Of a DNA stretch of 64,000 nucleotides, positions 17,836 to 28,397 are shown piece by piece; position 1 is the stretch's first letter, and each line of letters opens with the position of its first letter. A model generated the notes under the pieces. The model did no database searches and had not been told where the DNA came from. It worked only from the letters and a program-made list of their open reading frames with translations. A program made the translations under genes and the position numbers. The stretch is from Beijerinckiaceae bacterium (GTDB lineage Bacteria; Pseudomonadota; Alphaproteobacteria; Rhizobiales; Beijerinckiaceae): assembly GCA_027532775.1 (NCBI GenBank), contig JAPZTO010000006.1, positions 136,047 through 200,046 on the forward strand, read 5' to 3'.

Positions 17836-18312
17836 TCAGCGCTTCGAGAACTGGAAGGACCGGCGGGCCTTGGCCTTGCCGTACTTCTTGCGCTCGACCA
17901 CGCGGCTGTCGCGGGTCAGGAAGCCACCCTTCTTGAGCACGCCCCGGAGTTCGGGCTCATAGAAGGTGAGCGCGCGGGAAATGCCATGACGCACCGCGCC
18001 GGCCTGGCCGGAGAGGCCGCCGCCATTGCACGACACCATGATGTCATACTGGTCGACGCGGCCAGCAGCCACGAGCGGCTGGTTCAGCAGCATGCGCAGC
18101 ACCGGGCGGGCGAAATAGACCTCGAGCGCACGGTTGTTGACCGTGATCTTGCCGGAACCCGGCTTGATCCAGACGCGGGCGACCGCGTCCTTGCGCTTGC
18201 CGGTGGCATAGGCACGACCAAGCTTGTCGAGCTTCTGGACATGGACCGGCGCTTCAGCCTGGACCGACGCCTTGGCGCCGAGATCGGCGAGAGAAGACAG
18301 AACCTCAGCCAT
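17836..18312 (-). CDS. rpsI: 30S ribosomal protein S9
   Basis: [45 protein letters not shown]. Confidence 0.98.
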   Translation of the reverse strand: MAEVLSSLADLGAKASVQAEAPVHVQKLDKLGRAYATGKRKDAVARVWIKPGSGKITVNNRALEVYFARPVLRMLLNQPLVAAGRVDQYDIMVSCNGGGLSGQAGAVRHGISRALTFYEPELRGVLKKGGFLTRDSRVVERKKYGKAKARRSFQFSKR

Positions 18313-18314
18313 GA

Positions 18315-18800
18315 TTACCCGAGCCTCGTATTCTTGGAGTTGAGCGATGCCACATCCAGCACCTGCGGCTGCTGGGCATCATGCGGATGGGCGGCGCCCT
18401 TGTAGACGCGGAGATTGCCGAGCTGCTGGCGACCCAGCGGGCCGCGCGGGAGCATGCGCTCGACGGCCTTCTCGACGATCCGCTCCGGGAAACGGCCCTC
18501 GATGATGAACTTCGCCGACCGTTCCTTGATCCCGCCGGGATAGCCGGTGTGGTGGTAATAGTTCTTCTGGGACAGCTTGCGACCCGTGAACACCACCTTC
18601 TCGGCGTTGATCACGATGACGTTGTCGCCCATGTCCACATGGGGCGTGAAGCTGGCTTTGTGCTTGCCGCGAAGCCGCATGGCGATGATCGAAGCGAGGC
18701 GGCCCACAACGAGGCCGGTGCCATCGATCACAATCCACTTCTTTTCGACTTCGGCCGGCTTCGCCACGAACGAACGCGTGGCAGAGGTCAGGGCCTTCAT
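18315..18800 (-). CDS. rplM: 50S ribosomal protein L13
   Basis: [45 protein letters not shown]; ATG 18800 chosen from the GAGG RBS. Confidence 0.97.
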   Translation of the reverse strand: MKALTSATRSFVAKPAEVEKKWIVIDGTGLVVGRLASIIAMRLRGKHKASFTPHVDMGDNVIVINAEKVVFTGRKLSQKNYYHHTGYPGGIKERSAKFIIEGRFPERIVEKAVERMLPRGPLGRQQLGNLRVYKGAAHPHDAQQPQVLDVASLNSKNTRLG

Positions 18801-18968
18801 GGTCATCCTCGAAGGGTTGCATCCGAAAACAAGAGGCGACGCCGAAGCGCCGCCACCGAAGCCAAGCGTATAGGCGTTCGCGGAGACGCGGTCAACGTCT
18901 TTCTTTCGCGCCATTCCGACGAAAAGCATGAAAATTCATGGCCTTAACTGACGTGGTATTATTTTACC

Positions 18969-19421
18969 TTATCCAGCTGCACCAGGCGGGATCGAATAGG
19001 TGCCGGTGACATGGGCTACCGGCTCCTCATGCGCCTCGGAAAACAGCGTCACCTCGCCGACGCAGAGCCGCTTGCCGGCCTTGAGCAGCCGGCATTCGGC
19101 GATGAGATCGGCCTTGTCGGGCTTGCGGAGGAAATTTATCGAGAGATTGGTCGTCACCGCCAGCGCCACCCGCCCCGAAACGGAGAGCACGGCCACGTAG
19201 AGTGCAAGGTCGGAGAGCATCATCATGGCCGGGCCGGACAGGGTGCCGCCCGGCCGGATATGGCGCGGATGATAGGCGAGCCGCAGCCGGCAGGAGCCAT
19301 GCGCCACCGACTCGATGGAAACACTGCGTCCGCCATGGTGGATCTCGGGAAAGACCTCATCGAGGAAGGCTTCCATTTCGGCGCGGTCGAGGGCAGGCTT
19401 CTTCTCGGGTGCGGCGGGCAT
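18969..19421 (-). CDS. PaaI-family hot-dog thioesterase
   Basis: RPGGTLSGPAMMMLSD, AVTTNLSINFLRK, PVAHVTGTYSIP. Confidence 0.85.
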   Translation of the reverse strand: MPAAPEKKPALDRAEMEAFLDEVFPEIHHGGRSVSIESVAHGSCRLRLAYHPRHIRPGGTLSGPAMMMLSDLALYVAVLSVSGRVALAVTTNLSINFLRKPDKADLIAECRLLKAGKRLCVGEVTLFSEAHEEPVAHVTGTYSIPPGAAG

Positions 19422-19525
19422 CGGCAGGCGCTTTCGGTTTCGGGGCCGGGAAGCCGCCTTTCCGGAAAGGCAGCACCGCAACGGCAGATCGGGCATCGAC
19501 CCGCTTCGACGGAGGGACAAAGGTG

Positions 19526-20326
19526 ATGACCCCAGCGGCACTTGTCGAGGCCCCTGCCCCGCTGATCCACATCGCGGATCGCGGCGCCATCCGCGTCGTC
19601 ACGCTGGCCAACCCGCAGCGGCGCAACCCGCTCTCGACGTCGATGATCGCCGCCCTGCATGGCGCGCTTCGGGATGCGGGCCAGGACAGCACTGTCCGGG
19701 TGGTGCTGCTGGCGCATGAGGGCCCTGCCTTTTCTGCCGGCCATGACCTCCGGGAAATCCAGGCGGCGCGGGCGACGGCGGATCACGGGCGCAGCTTCTT
19801 CACCAACCTGATGGCGGCCTGCTCCGCCATGATGCTCCAGATCCGCGCGATGCCGCAACCGGTGATCGCGGTTGTCGAGGGCGTGGCGACCGCCGCCGGC
19901 TGTCAGCTCGTCGCGACATGCGACCTAGCGATTGCCGGGGCGGAAGCCCGTTTCGCGACCCCCGGCGTGAATATCGGTCTGTTCTGCTCGACGCCGATGG
20001 TTGCGCTCTCGCGCAATATCAGCCCGAAACACGCGATGGAAATGCTGCTCACGGGGGATCTTGTCGATGCCGCGACAGCCGCACGGTTCGGCCTCGTCAA
20101 CCGGGTTGTCCCCGCCGGCATGGCGCTGGCGGAAGCCGAGGCGCTGGCGCGGCAGATCGCGGGCAAGCCTGCCGCCGTGCTGAAGATCGGCAAGGAGGCC
20201 TTCTACCGCCAGAACGAACTCGATCTCGAGGCCGCCTATGCCTATGCAGGCGGCGTGATGGTGGAGAACATGCTCATGCTCGAGGCGCAGGAAGGGATTG
20301 CCGCCTTCGTGGCTCCAAAGCGGTAG
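19526..20326 (+). CDS. Enoyl-CoA hydratase/isomerase family (ECHDC3-like, canonical Glu residues absent)
   Basis: FSAGHDLRE, ATAAGCQLVATCD, FATPGVNIGLFCSTP. Confidence 0.9.
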   Translation: MTPAALVEAPAPLIHIADRGAIRVVTLANPQRRNPLSTSMIAALHGALRDAGQDSTVRVVLLAHEGPAFSAGHDLREIQAARATADHGRSFFTNLMAACSAMMLQIRAMPQPVIAVVEGVATAAGCQLVATCDLAIAGAEARFATPGVNIGLFCSTPMVALSRNISPKHAMEMLLTGDLVDAATAARFGLVNRVVPAGMALAEAEALARQIAGKPAAVLKIGKEAFYRQNELDLEAAYAYAGGVMVENMLMLEAQEGIAAFVAPKR

Positions 20327-20382
20327 TTCGGCAGCCGCGAATCCCCCTAGCGAAAATCCGTCTTCTGCTTCAGAGGAAAGGC

Positions 20383-20910
20383 ATGAACCACGATTCCTAT
20401 TCCGACGCCGTCATCCGCAGCATCCTGAAGCGCGTTCGCCGCATCGCCATGGTGGGCGCCAGCGAGAACCCGGCCAAGCCGAGTTTCTTCGTGTTCAAAT
20501 ATCTCGTCGAGCGCGGCTATGACGTGATCCCGGTCAATCCCGGCCGTGTCGGGACCGAGATGCTCGGCCGCCCCTTCCTGCCGAGCCTTGCCGCCATCGA
20601 CGGCCCGGTCGACATGGTCGATATCTTCCGCAACTCGGAAGCGGCGCTGCCGATCGTCCGGGAAGCCTTGGCCCTTGCGCCGAAGCCGCAGGTGATCTGG
20701 ATGCAGCTAACCGTCCGGAATGACGAAGCAGCTGCATTGGCCGAGGCTGCGGGGCTCGAAGTCATCATGAACCGCTGCCCCAAGATCGAGTTCGGCCGCC
20801 TCTCGGGCGAAATTTCGTGGCAGGGCGTGAATTCACGGATCCTCTCCGCCAAGCGACCGGCCCTTTCGACCAAGGGGTTCCAGAAGCTGACGCTGGACCG
20901 GAAGACGTGA
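20383..20910 (+). CDS. CoA-binding domain protein (YccU-like)
   Basis: IAMVGASENPAKPS, GYDVIPVNP, VDMVDIFR, VIWMQL, MNRCPKIE. Confidence 0.9.
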   Translation: MNHDSYSDAVIRSILKRVRRIAMVGASENPAKPSFFVFKYLVERGYDVIPVNPGRVGTEMLGRPFLPSLAAIDGPVDMVDIFRNSEAALPIVREALALAPKPQVIWMQLTVRNDEAAALAEAAGLEVIMNRCPKIEFGRLSGEISWQGVNSRILSAKRPALSTKGFQKLTLDRKT

Positions 20911-20962
20911 GGCGCATCCCGGGATAGGCGGATAGTCCGTTCTTCAAAACGAACAATCCCGA

Positions 20963-20991
20963 TTGACGAACGAATTTCCGTTTTATAGAAC
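20963..20991 (+). promoter_or_regulatory. Candidate sigma70 promoter of metY
   Basis: TTGACG-N17-TAGAAC ending 25 nt before ATG 21017. Confidence 0.45.
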
Positions 20992-21016
20992 AAGCTTGCT
21001 TCTGGAGGAGACCCCG

Positions 21017-22306
21017 ATGACCGATCACGCCCCTGGCTTCTCGACCCTTGCCGTCCATGCCGGCGCCCAGCCGGATCCGGCCACCGGCGCGCGCGCCACG
21101 CCGATCTACCAGACCACGTCTTTCGTGTTTGACGATGTCGACCATGCCGCCTCGCTGTTCGGGCTGCAGGCTTTCGGCAACATCTATACCCGCATCGGCA
21201 ACCCGACCAATGCCGTGCTGGAAGAACGCGTTGCGGCGCTCGAGGGCGGCACGGCCGCGTTGGCGGTGGCTTCCGGCCACGCGGCCGAGCATCTCGTCTT
21301 CCACACGCTGCTGGAGCCGGGCGACGAGTTCGTCGCGGCCAAGAAGCTTTATGGCGGCTCGATCAACCAGTTCAACCACGCCTACAAGAAGTTCGGCTGG
21401 AATGTCGTCTGGGCCGAGAATGACGAAGCCGCCAGTTTCGAGAAGGCGATCACGCCGAAGACCAAGGCGATCTTCATCGAATCCATCGCCAATCCGGGTG
21501 GGGTGATCTTCGATATCGCTGCCATCGCGGCCGTCGCCCGCAAGGCCGGCATTCCGTTGATCGTCGACAATACGCTCGCCTCCCCCTATCTCATCCGCCC
21601 GATCGAGCATGGCGCCGACATCGTGGTCCATTCGCTCACCAAGTTCCTCGGCGGCCATGGCAATTCGATCGGTGGCGTCATCGTCGATGGCGGCACGTTC
21701 GACTGGCTCAAGGCCGGGCAGAAATACCCGTCGCTGACTGCGCCGCGGCCGGAATATGCGGGGATGGTGCTGGCAGAAACCTTCGGCAATTTCGCTTTCG
21801 CGATTGCCTGCCGCGTGCTCGGCCTGCGTGATCTCGGCCCGGCCATCTCGCCGTTCAACGCGTTCCAGATCCTGACCGGCATCGAGACGTTGCCGCTGCG
21901 TATGCAGAAGCATTCGGACAATGCCCTCGCCGTGGCGAAGTTCCTGTCCACGCATCCGGCCGTCTCCTGGGTGTCCTATCCGGGTCTCGAGACCGACAAG
22001 TACCATGCCCTCGCCAAGCGCTACACGCCCAAAGGTGCGGGCGCGGTCTTCACCTTCGGCCTCAAGGGTGGCAACGCGGCCGGCATCGCGCTGGTCTCGA
22101 ACCTCAAGCTGTTCTCGCATCTGGCGAATGTCGGCGATACCCGCAGCCTCGTCATCCACCCGGCCTCGACCACGCATCGCCAGCTCACCGACGAGCAGAA
22201 GACGATCGCCGGCGCCGGCCCGGAAGTGGTGCGGCTGTCGGTCGGGATCGAGGATGTGGCGGATCTGATCGCCGATCTCGACCAGGCCCTGAACGCCGGG
22301 GCCTGA
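21017..22306 (+). CDS. metY: O-acetylhomoserine aminocarboxypropyltransferase (OAH sulfhydrylase)
   Basis: GARATPIYQTTSF, YTRIGNPT, HSLTKFLGGHG, HLANVGD; GGAGGAG RBS. Confidence 0.93.
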   Translation: MTDHAPGFSTLAVHAGAQPDPATGARATPIYQTTSFVFDDVDHAASLFGLQAFGNIYTRIGNPTNAVLEERVAALEGGTAALAVASGHAAEHLVFHTLLEPGDEFVAAKKLYGGSINQFNHAYKKFGWNVVWAENDEAASFEKAITPKTKAIFIESIANPGGVIFDIAAIAAVARKAGIPLIVDNTLASPYLIRPIEHGADIVVHSLTKFLGGHGNSIGGVIVDGGTFDWLKAGQKYPSLTAPRPEYAGMVLAETFGNFAFAIACRVLGLRDLGPAISPFNAFQILTGIETLPLRMQKHSDNALAVAKFLSTHPAVSWVSYPGLETDKYHALAKRYTPKGAGAVFTFGLKGGNAAGIALVSNLKLFSHLANVGDTRSLVIHPASTTHRQLTDEQKTIAGAGPEVVRLSVGIEDVADLIADLDQALNAGA

Positions 22307-22352
22307 CCGGCCGAGATCATGCGGTGCCGCCCCGCTGGGCCCGCCACGACAT

Positions 22353-23438
22353 TCAAGGCGCCGGTTTCACCACCGGCGCCGTTTTCATGGCATGCATGAC
22401 GGCATAGCCGAGCACGAGGAAGGCCAGAGCCTGATGGGCAAGGCCGGCCCAGATCGGCACGACAAGCAGCAGGGTCACGATGCCGAGCACGGCCTGCGCG
22501 CTGACCAGCCCGAACAGGTGCCAGGCCCGCCGCGCCAAAGCGGTGCCCCGCAGCGCGATGGCATGCCAGAGCGCCAGCGCGAAGAGCAGATAGGCCCCGA
22601 CCCGGTGGTTGAACTGCACAAGGGTGGGGTTGTCGACGAAATTCTCGCCCAAGGGCTGCGTCACGAAGAGCTTGCCCAAAGGTGGCACGAGCGCGCCATC
22701 CATCAGCGGCCAGGTATTGTAGGTGAAGCCGGCGCGCGAGCCGGCAACCAGCCCGCCTAGCGCGATCTGCGCCAGAACGCCGAGAACCAGCCCCCAGGCG
22801 GCGAGGCGCATCCCCGCCCCTTCTGCCCGGCCAGCCCCGAAGGTGCCGTAGCGCGTCGCCATCGCCACCAGCCCGATGAAGAACAGGCTCGCGAAGGTGA
22901 GATGCAGCGTCAGCTTGACCGGGGCGACGGCGATCATGCCCGGCTCGAGGCCGGAGCGGACCATGATCCAGCCGATGGCGCCCTGCAGGCCGAGCAGCAG
23001 GCCGAGGCCGAAGGTCGCGACGGCCAGCCAGCCGCGGATCACGCCCGTCAGCAGGAAGGCGAGGAAACCGCCGAGCATGACGAGGCCGATGAACCGTCCG
23101 AGCTGGCGATGGCCCCATTCCCACCAGTAGATGAACTTGAACTCGCCGAGTGACATGCCGGCATTGAGCAGCTTGTATTGCGGGCTGGCCTGATAGAGCG
23201 CGAATTCGCGTGCCCAATCCGCTGCATTGAGCGGCGGGATGGCACCGATGACCGGCTTCCATTCGGTGATGGAGAGACCAGACCCGGTCAGCCGCGTCGC
23301 CCCGCCGACTGTGACCATCACCAGGACCAGCACGATCAGCGTCAGCAGCCAGATCCGGAAGGCCCGCGCGCCGGAGACCCGGAGGCCACCGGCCATGCCG
23401 GTCCCAAGGGCGGGAGGGTGGGTCTCCATCAGCGTCAC
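22353..23438 (-). CDS. ctaA: Heme A synthase (COX15/CtaA type 2)
   Basis: VGGATRLTGSGLSITEWKP, IYWWEWGHR, LQGAIGWIMV, QFNHR, HQ motifs. Confidence 0.93.
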   Translation of the reverse strand: MTLMETHPPALGTGMAGGLRVSGARAFRIWLLTLIVLVLVMVTVGGATRLTGSGLSITEWKPVIGAIPPLNAADWAREFALYQASPQYKLLNAGMSLGEFKFIYWWEWGHRQLGRFIGLVMLGGFLAFLLTGVIRGWLAVATFGLGLLLGLQGAIGWIMVRSGLEPGMIAVAPVKLTLHLTFASLFFIGLVAMATRYGTFGAGRAEGAGMRLAAWGLVLGVLAQIALGGLVAGSRAGFTYNTWPLMDGALVPPLGKLFVTQPLGENFVDNPTLVQFNHRVGAYLLFALALWHAIALRGTALARRAWHLFGLVSAQAVLGIVTLLLVVPIWAGLAHQALAFLVLGYAVMHAMKTAPVVKPAP

Positions 23439-23538
23439 GGTGCCGCTTCCTTCTTGCCGGATCGGATTTCATGGTCGATATGCACGATCGAACGCGACGG
23501 ACAAGTGCCCAATGGTCGCGGAAGCCCAGAGAGACAGC

Positions 23539-23745
23539 ATGAACCCCCGGATCAAGAAGTTCATCGGCGCATTGGCCATGGTCCTGTTCGTGGCCTTCTA
23601 TGCGCTCGTCATCGCGGCGCTTGCCCCCCGGATCCTGACGGGCGCCTCCAAGGTGACGGAGATGGTGTTCTACCTCGTCGCCGGCCTCGCCTGGGTGCTG
23701 CCGTTGCTGCCGCTGATCCGCTGGATGGAGCGGCGCAAGGCCTGA
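23539..23745 (+). CDS. Small 2-TM protein, DUF2842-like
   Basis: MNPRIKKFIGALAMVLFVAFY...FYLVAGLAWVLPLLPLIRWM. Confidence 0.8.
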   Translation: MNPRIKKFIGALAMVLFVAFYALVIAALAPRILTGASKVTEMVFYLVAGLAWVLPLLPLIRWMERRKA

Positions 23746-23746
23746 T

Positions 23747-24757
23747 TCAGCCCTTCAGGGCGAAGGGAATGCCGGAAACCAGCGCCCTCATGTAGCGCGG
23801 ATGCTGGTAATGCCCGTTGACCGAAATGCGCGGCAGGGCATGGAGGGGTTGCCCCGGCTTCAGCACGCCTGGCCGCGTCGTCACGGCGAGGCTGTAGCCC
23901 GCTTCGCGCGCCATCGTGAATTCACGCAAGCCGGCCGAGCCGGCATCGCCGACGGGATAGGCGAAAACCAGCGGATCGACATCCAGTTCCTCGCGGATGC
24001 GGCGGCGGCTTTCCTCGATCTCGACCCGGGCACGCTCGACCGGGATCCGCGCGAGACGGGGATGGCTGGCAGTATGGGCGCCAATGCTGGCCAGCGGGTG
24101 CCGGGCGAGGTAGCGCAGGTCCTGCCAATCCATGCAGAGGCTTTCCACCCGGCCGAGCGGATCGAGGCCAGCCGTATCCACCAGCACGCGCATAGTCTGT
24201 TCGAGCACGCTCTCGTCATGCCGGCGCAGGCGCCAGTAGATCTTGCGCCACAGGGCCAGCCGTTCCTCGGCCGTACCCGCCGGGCCTTCGACAACACCAT
24301 CCGGAAAGGCGAGCCGGATGGCTGGCTGGCGTTCGATCGCCTCCTCGAGGTCGAGCCACCAGAGCGGAGCGGTCCTGTCGGCAAAGCCGGTGCAGACGAA
24401 CATCGTGAAGGGCGCGCCATGCGCCTCCAGCACGGGCAAGGCATGGCGCGCATTGTCGCGGTACCCGTCATCGAAGGTCAGCGCGGCGACGGGCGGCCCC
24501 CGTTCTGCCAGCCGGGCCGGGACCTCGTCCAGCGGCACGATGACGTAGCCGAGATCGGCGAGCAGGCGCAGCGTCTGGTCGAGAAAATCCGGCGTGATCG
24601 AGAGGCCGGCATTTTCGGGCATCCTCGCCACCGGTTCCGGCGCAACATGATGGAAGGTGAGGATCACGCCGCGGCCACGGCACCGTGGCGCGAGCCAGCG
24701 ATCGGCCCCCGTCAGGGCGATCGTGGACAGGACCGTGCGGATCAGGGCGTGGCGCAT
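23747..24757 (-). CDS. Polysaccharide deacetylase (CE4/NodB)
   Basis: ILTFHHV, LTFDDGYRDN, IGAHTASHP, FAYPVG. Confidence 0.9.
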   Translation of the reverse strand: MRHALIRTVLSTIALTGADRWLAPRCRGRGVILTFHHVAPEPVARMPENAGLSITPDFLDQTLRLLADLGYVIVPLDEVPARLAERGPPVAALTFDDGYRDNARHALPVLEAHGAPFTMFVCTGFADRTAPLWWLDLEEAIERQPAIRLAFPDGVVEGPAGTAEERLALWRKIYWRLRRHDESVLEQTMRVLVDTAGLDPLGRVESLCMDWQDLRYLARHPLASIGAHTASHPRLARIPVERARVEIEESRRRIREELDVDPLVFAYPVGDAGSAGLREFTMAREAGYSLAVTTRPGVLKPGQPLHALPRISVNGHYQHPRYMRALVSGIPFALKG

Positions 24758-24834
24758 GGAATCGCGCGGGCTCCAGCGAATCGTGGCATGCACCATTCTA
24801 GACATGTCCGCCATCAAGTTGTCGTGAATTCACC

Positions 24835-25965
24835 ATGGCCGAGCCATCGCTCCTGCGCGCCGAGATCCTGCTGCCCGAGGCGGCCAGTTTCGCGCGTCTC
24901 GATGGCGCGATGACGACACCGTTCCAGGCGACCGGCTGGCTGCGGCATTTCCTCGAGGCGCATCGCGAAACCGGGCGGCTGCGGCTGCTCCGGCTGGTCA
25001 CGCCGGGCGGCGCGGAGATCCTGCTGCCGCTGCTGGTGCACCGGGCGCGCGGCGCGACCGTTGCCGTGAAGATCGGTGGTGCCCATGCCAGCTATTTCAC
25101 GCCCGGCCTTGTCGGCGAGGTGCCGGCGCTGAATGCGGCCGAGCTTGTGCCGGCCTTGCGGCAGGCCGCCCGCGCGGGGGCGATCGACGCGCTGCTGTTC
25201 GAGGACATGCTTCCCGCCTGGCGGGGCCGGAAGAACCCGCTGATGGCGCTCGATGCCCGCATGGCGCCGAACGACGCCGCCTTCCTGACGCTCGGTGATG
25301 ATGCCGAAGCGCTGCTCGGTTTCCTCCTCGACAAGGATGCGCGGAAGAAACTGCGGGCGAAATCGGCCCGGCTCTCGGAAATGGGCGGGCTGGCGGCCCA
25401 CTGGGTCGAGGAACCGGCGGCGATCGAGACCGCGCTCGCCCTGTTCTTCTACTGGAAGACACAGCAGTTTTCAGCCCGTGGCCTGCCCGACGCCTTCGGC
25501 GACGAGGCCGTGCGCCGGTTCATCGTCCGGGCCGCGCATGAACCGGAGGGCGGCATCAAGCTCTTTGCGCTCTCGATTGCCGGGCGTCCGGTCGCGCTGA
25601 TCGGCGGGGCAATGCATGACGGGCATTTCGCGGGCATGTTCACCGCCTATGATCCGCGACCCGATATTGCCAAGCACAGCCCGGGCGAGGTGATGCTGCA
25701 GGCCCTCCTGCCGGCGCTGATCGAGGCCGGCTGTCGCGGCTTCGATCTCGGCGCAGGCGATGCCCGCTACAAGACGCGGTTCTGCCCGGAAAAGCAGACC
25801 CTGTTCGATGCCGCCCTCGGCGTCACGCTTCGCGGCCGCCTCCATGCGCAGCTCTGGTGCATCACCCGGCGGATGAAGGGGCGGATCAAGCGCAGCCCGC
25901 GTCTGATGGCGCTGGTGGATACGTGGCGGCGAAAGCGGCGCAAGCCGGCGCCTGGCGCGGCCTGA
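24835..25965 (+). CDS. GNAT acetyltransferase, CelD/BcsL-like
   Basis: AYDPRPDIAKHSPGEVML, FDLGAGDARYK. Confidence 0.82.
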   Translation: MAEPSLLRAEILLPEAASFARLDGAMTTPFQATGWLRHFLEAHRETGRLRLLRLVTPGGAEILLPLLVHRARGATVAVKIGGAHASYFTPGLVGEVPALNAAELVPALRQAARAGAIDALLFEDMLPAWRGRKNPLMALDARMAPNDAAFLTLGDDAEALLGFLLDKDARKKLRAKSARLSEMGGLAAHWVEEPAAIETALALFFYWKTQQFSARGLPDAFGDEAVRRFIVRAAHEPEGGIKLFALSIAGRPVALIGGAMHDGHFAGMFTAYDPRPDIAKHSPGEVMLQALLPALIEAGCRGFDLGAGDARYKTRFCPEKQTLFDAALGVTLRGRLHAQLWCITRRMKGRIKRSPRLMALVDTWRRKRRKPAPGAA

Positions 25966-25974
25966 CAGAAGCCG

Positions 25975-28242
25975 TCAGGCCGTCTCATCCTGGAAGCGGG
26001 GCATGGTGTCGTTGGCAGCGGCATGTTCGCTGCCGGTCTCGTCACCCAGCACATAGACCGGCGCGTCCCGGCAGGCCTCGAGGCGCGAGACCACTTTCTG
26101 CAGGACCGGGTCATCATCGGGGCGCTGCGAGAGAACGATCACGACATCGCCGAGTTCGGTGAAGAACTCGCCGGGGCCACCAAGGGCACCGAGTTCAATC
26201 ACGATGTGCGTGTAGCTCTGCCGCAGGGCCTCGACCAGCGTGACGACGGCGTTCCGGCCCGTTGGCTGGACGATCTTCGCACCGAGCACCATCCCTGCGG
26301 GAATGACATGCAGGCGCGAGCGCGCATCGCGGTGGATGATGTCACCCAGCGGGGCTACCCGGTCGAGCCAGGCGCCGAGGCCGGGCGCCCCGTGCGGCAG
26401 CAGACGCGAGAACAGGTTGCCGGAGCGCCCCTTTTCGTGGCCGACAAGGTCGACCACGACGGCCGCACCATCCTCGGCGAGGCGACGGGCAAAGCGCAGG
26501 GCACTGAGGCCGGGTTGCGGCGAGGCGTCGAGCGTGAAGACAAGCACGACCTTGCCCTGCCCGGTGAAATCCATCATGGCCAGTTCGGCAGCGAGGAGAT
26601 CCGCCGGCGCGGTCTCGGAACCGGGCCTGCGGCGCATCCCCGGCGTGACCGCCGGAGCAGGCGGCTGGAGGAGCGGTTCCTGCGCCTTGCGGCCAAGGCC
26701 GAAGGGCAGCAGCAGCCCGCCGAGGAGCGAGGGCTTCTGCGCCTCCCATGGCAGAGGGTGCGGGTCAGCCGCGGCGCCGGGACCGGAAACCGGTGCCGGG
26801 CCGGCCGGCATGTCATAGCCATAGGCGTCGAGATAGGCCGGCATGGCCTGGCGGGCCATCAGCGCCTGTGTCGCGATCAGCGTCGAGGAAACCACCAGCG
26901 TGCCGAGGGTCGCAAGGAGGATGATCGGGATCTTCTTCGGGAAGGTCGGCTCGCTTTGCGGGAAGGCACGGGAGATCACCCGTGCATCGGCAGGCTGGGT
27001 GCTTTCGGTCGAACGCGCGGCGGCATCGAGGAACTTGTTCCGGTAGGAATTGAGCTGCTCGCGAAGGGCCAAAGCATCGCGCTCCAGCGCCTTGAGCTGG
27101 ACCTCGTCCTCGTTGGACAGGGCTGTCGCCTTTTTCTGGTTGTCGAGCTCGGCCTGCATCGAGGTGACGCGGGCACCGGCCGCACGTGAATCGTTCTCGA
27201 AGGCGCGGGCCGCCCGTTCGGCCGCCGCCCGGACCTGGCCCTCGAGATCCTGAAGTTGCGAGGCCAGTTCCTTCATGCGCGGATGGCCGGGCAGCAGGGT
27301 CCGCTCCTCGAGCGCGATCTGCGCCTTCAGCGAGGCGCGCTGTTCGAGCAGGCGGCGGACAAGCTCGTTGTTGATGATTTCGGAAGTCTCGAACACCTTC
27401 CCCAGCCGCAGGGCATCGCGGATGATCTTCGCTCGGGCCTGCAGATCGGCCTGCTGCGAGCGGGCCAGCGAGAGTTGTGTATTCAGCTCCGAAAGCTGCT
27501 GCGTGGTAATGTTCGTGTTGTTGGTGCTGACAAAGAGCCCCTTCGAGGAGCGGAACGCCTCGACCTTGGCTTCCGCCTGCTGGACGCGCTTCATCAGCGG
27601 CTCGACGGCCTTTTCCAGCCATTCCGAGGTGACACGGCTGGTCTGGGTTTTCGCGCCTTCCTCGCGCGCGAGATATTCCTCGGCGATCCGGTTAGCGACA
27701 TTCGCCGCGAGCTGCGGGTCCTGCGACTGGAACTCGATCGCGATCACGCGGGACTTGCCGAGCGGATAGACCAGCAAGCGGCGGAAATACATTTCCAGCA
27801 CGCGCTCGTCCTGGGGGATGGTCCGCGGGTCCTTCTGGAGGCCGAGAGCGATCAGGATCGTGCCCGACAGCCCGACCCCGTTCTGGACGGGATCATATTC
27901 GGCGCGCTTGTGCAGGCCCATCTCGTGGATGACCTTCAGCGCGAGATCCTTCGACATGACGTTCTGGACCTGGCTCGCCACCGCTTCCGGGTCGATGGCG
28001 GGGTCGCTGCCGCGCGTATCCCGGTCGGGACGCGAATAGACCGTCTCGCGGTTTTCCAGCAGGACACGCGCCTCGCCGGTATAGCGGGGCGTCAGGAGGC
28101 TGACGGCCAGCATCGCGAGGCCGAACGCGACGGCCGTCGGGACGATGATCCAGAACTTCTTCCGCCACAGGGCCGCAGCGACACCGCCGACGCTCTCATG
28201 CGTCGCGGGGGGCACAGCCGGGATGCGTTCCGCCGAATCCAT
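25975..28242 (-). CDS. Polysaccharide co-polymerase/export protein (GumC/Wzc-like) with degenerate kinase domain
   Basis: LWRKKFWII-TM-PRYTGEARVLL (Wzz domain), long coiled coil, P.FPKK-TM2; C-terminal domain lacks Walker A and a Tyr cluster. Confidence 0.88.
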   Translation of the reverse strand: MDSAERIPAVPPATHESVGGVAAALWRKKFWIIVPTAVAFGLAMLAVSLLTPRYTGEARVLLENRETVYSRPDRDTRGSDPAIDPEAVASQVQNVMSKDLALKVIHEMGLHKRAEYDPVQNGVGLSGTILIALGLQKDPRTIPQDERVLEMYFRRLLVYPLGKSRVIAIEFQSQDPQLAANVANRIAEEYLAREEGAKTQTSRVTSEWLEKAVEPLMKRVQQAEAKVEAFRSSKGLFVSTNNTNITTQQLSELNTQLSLARSQQADLQARAKIIRDALRLGKVFETSEIINNELVRRLLEQRASLKAQIALEERTLLPGHPRMKELASQLQDLEGQVRAAAERAARAFENDSRAAGARVTSMQAELDNQKKATALSNEDEVQLKALERDALALREQLNSYRNKFLDAAARSTESTQPADARVISRAFPQSEPTFPKKIPIILLATLGTLVVSSTLIATQALMARQAMPAYLDAYGYDMPAGPAPVSGPGAAADPHPLPWEAQKPSLLGGLLLPFGLGRKAQEPLLQPPAPAVTPGMRRRPGSETAPADLLAAELAMMDFTGQGKVVLVFTLDASPQPGLSALRFARRLAEDGAAVVVDLVGHEKGRSGNLFSRLLPHGAPGLGAWLDRVAPLGDIIHRDARSRLHVIPAGMVLGAKIVQPTGRNAVVTLVEALRQSYTHIVIELGALGGPGEFFTELGDVVIVLSQRPDDDPVLQKVVSRLEACRDAPVYVLGDETGSEHAAANDTMPRFQDETA

Positions 28243-28285
28243 GCGGAAACTCCTTTCACTTCAAAAGAAAGGCTGAACGAACATG

Positions 28286-28353
28286 GTTTCATTCGCGTTA
28301 AGGCCGGTCATGGCCGCGCGGAAACCCCGCCGGATTGATCATTCGTTAACCAT
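28286..28353. promoter_or_regulatory. Candidate CtrA sites in the divergent wzc/wza promoter region
   Basis: GTTTC-N7-TTAA (28286-28301, near match to GTTAA-N7-TTAA) and TTAACCAT (28346-28353). Confidence 0.4.
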
Positions 28354-28397
28354 AAGCGGGCAAGGTCGGCACTGTAGAAATCGCCTCGAGTCTTGTC

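Noticed and set aside
18780-18929. Long N-terminal extension of L13
   Set aside because: RBS position supports ATG 18800, leaving only a few extra residues; upstream frame is likely untranslated.
20911-21016. Possible SAM riboswitch upstream of metY
   Set aside because: The leader after the candidate promoter is only about 25 nt and I saw no SAM-II or SAM-SAH consensus.
25975-26600. Active BY-kinase domain in the Wzc-like protein
   Set aside because: No Walker A GK(S/T) and no C-terminal Tyr cluster.
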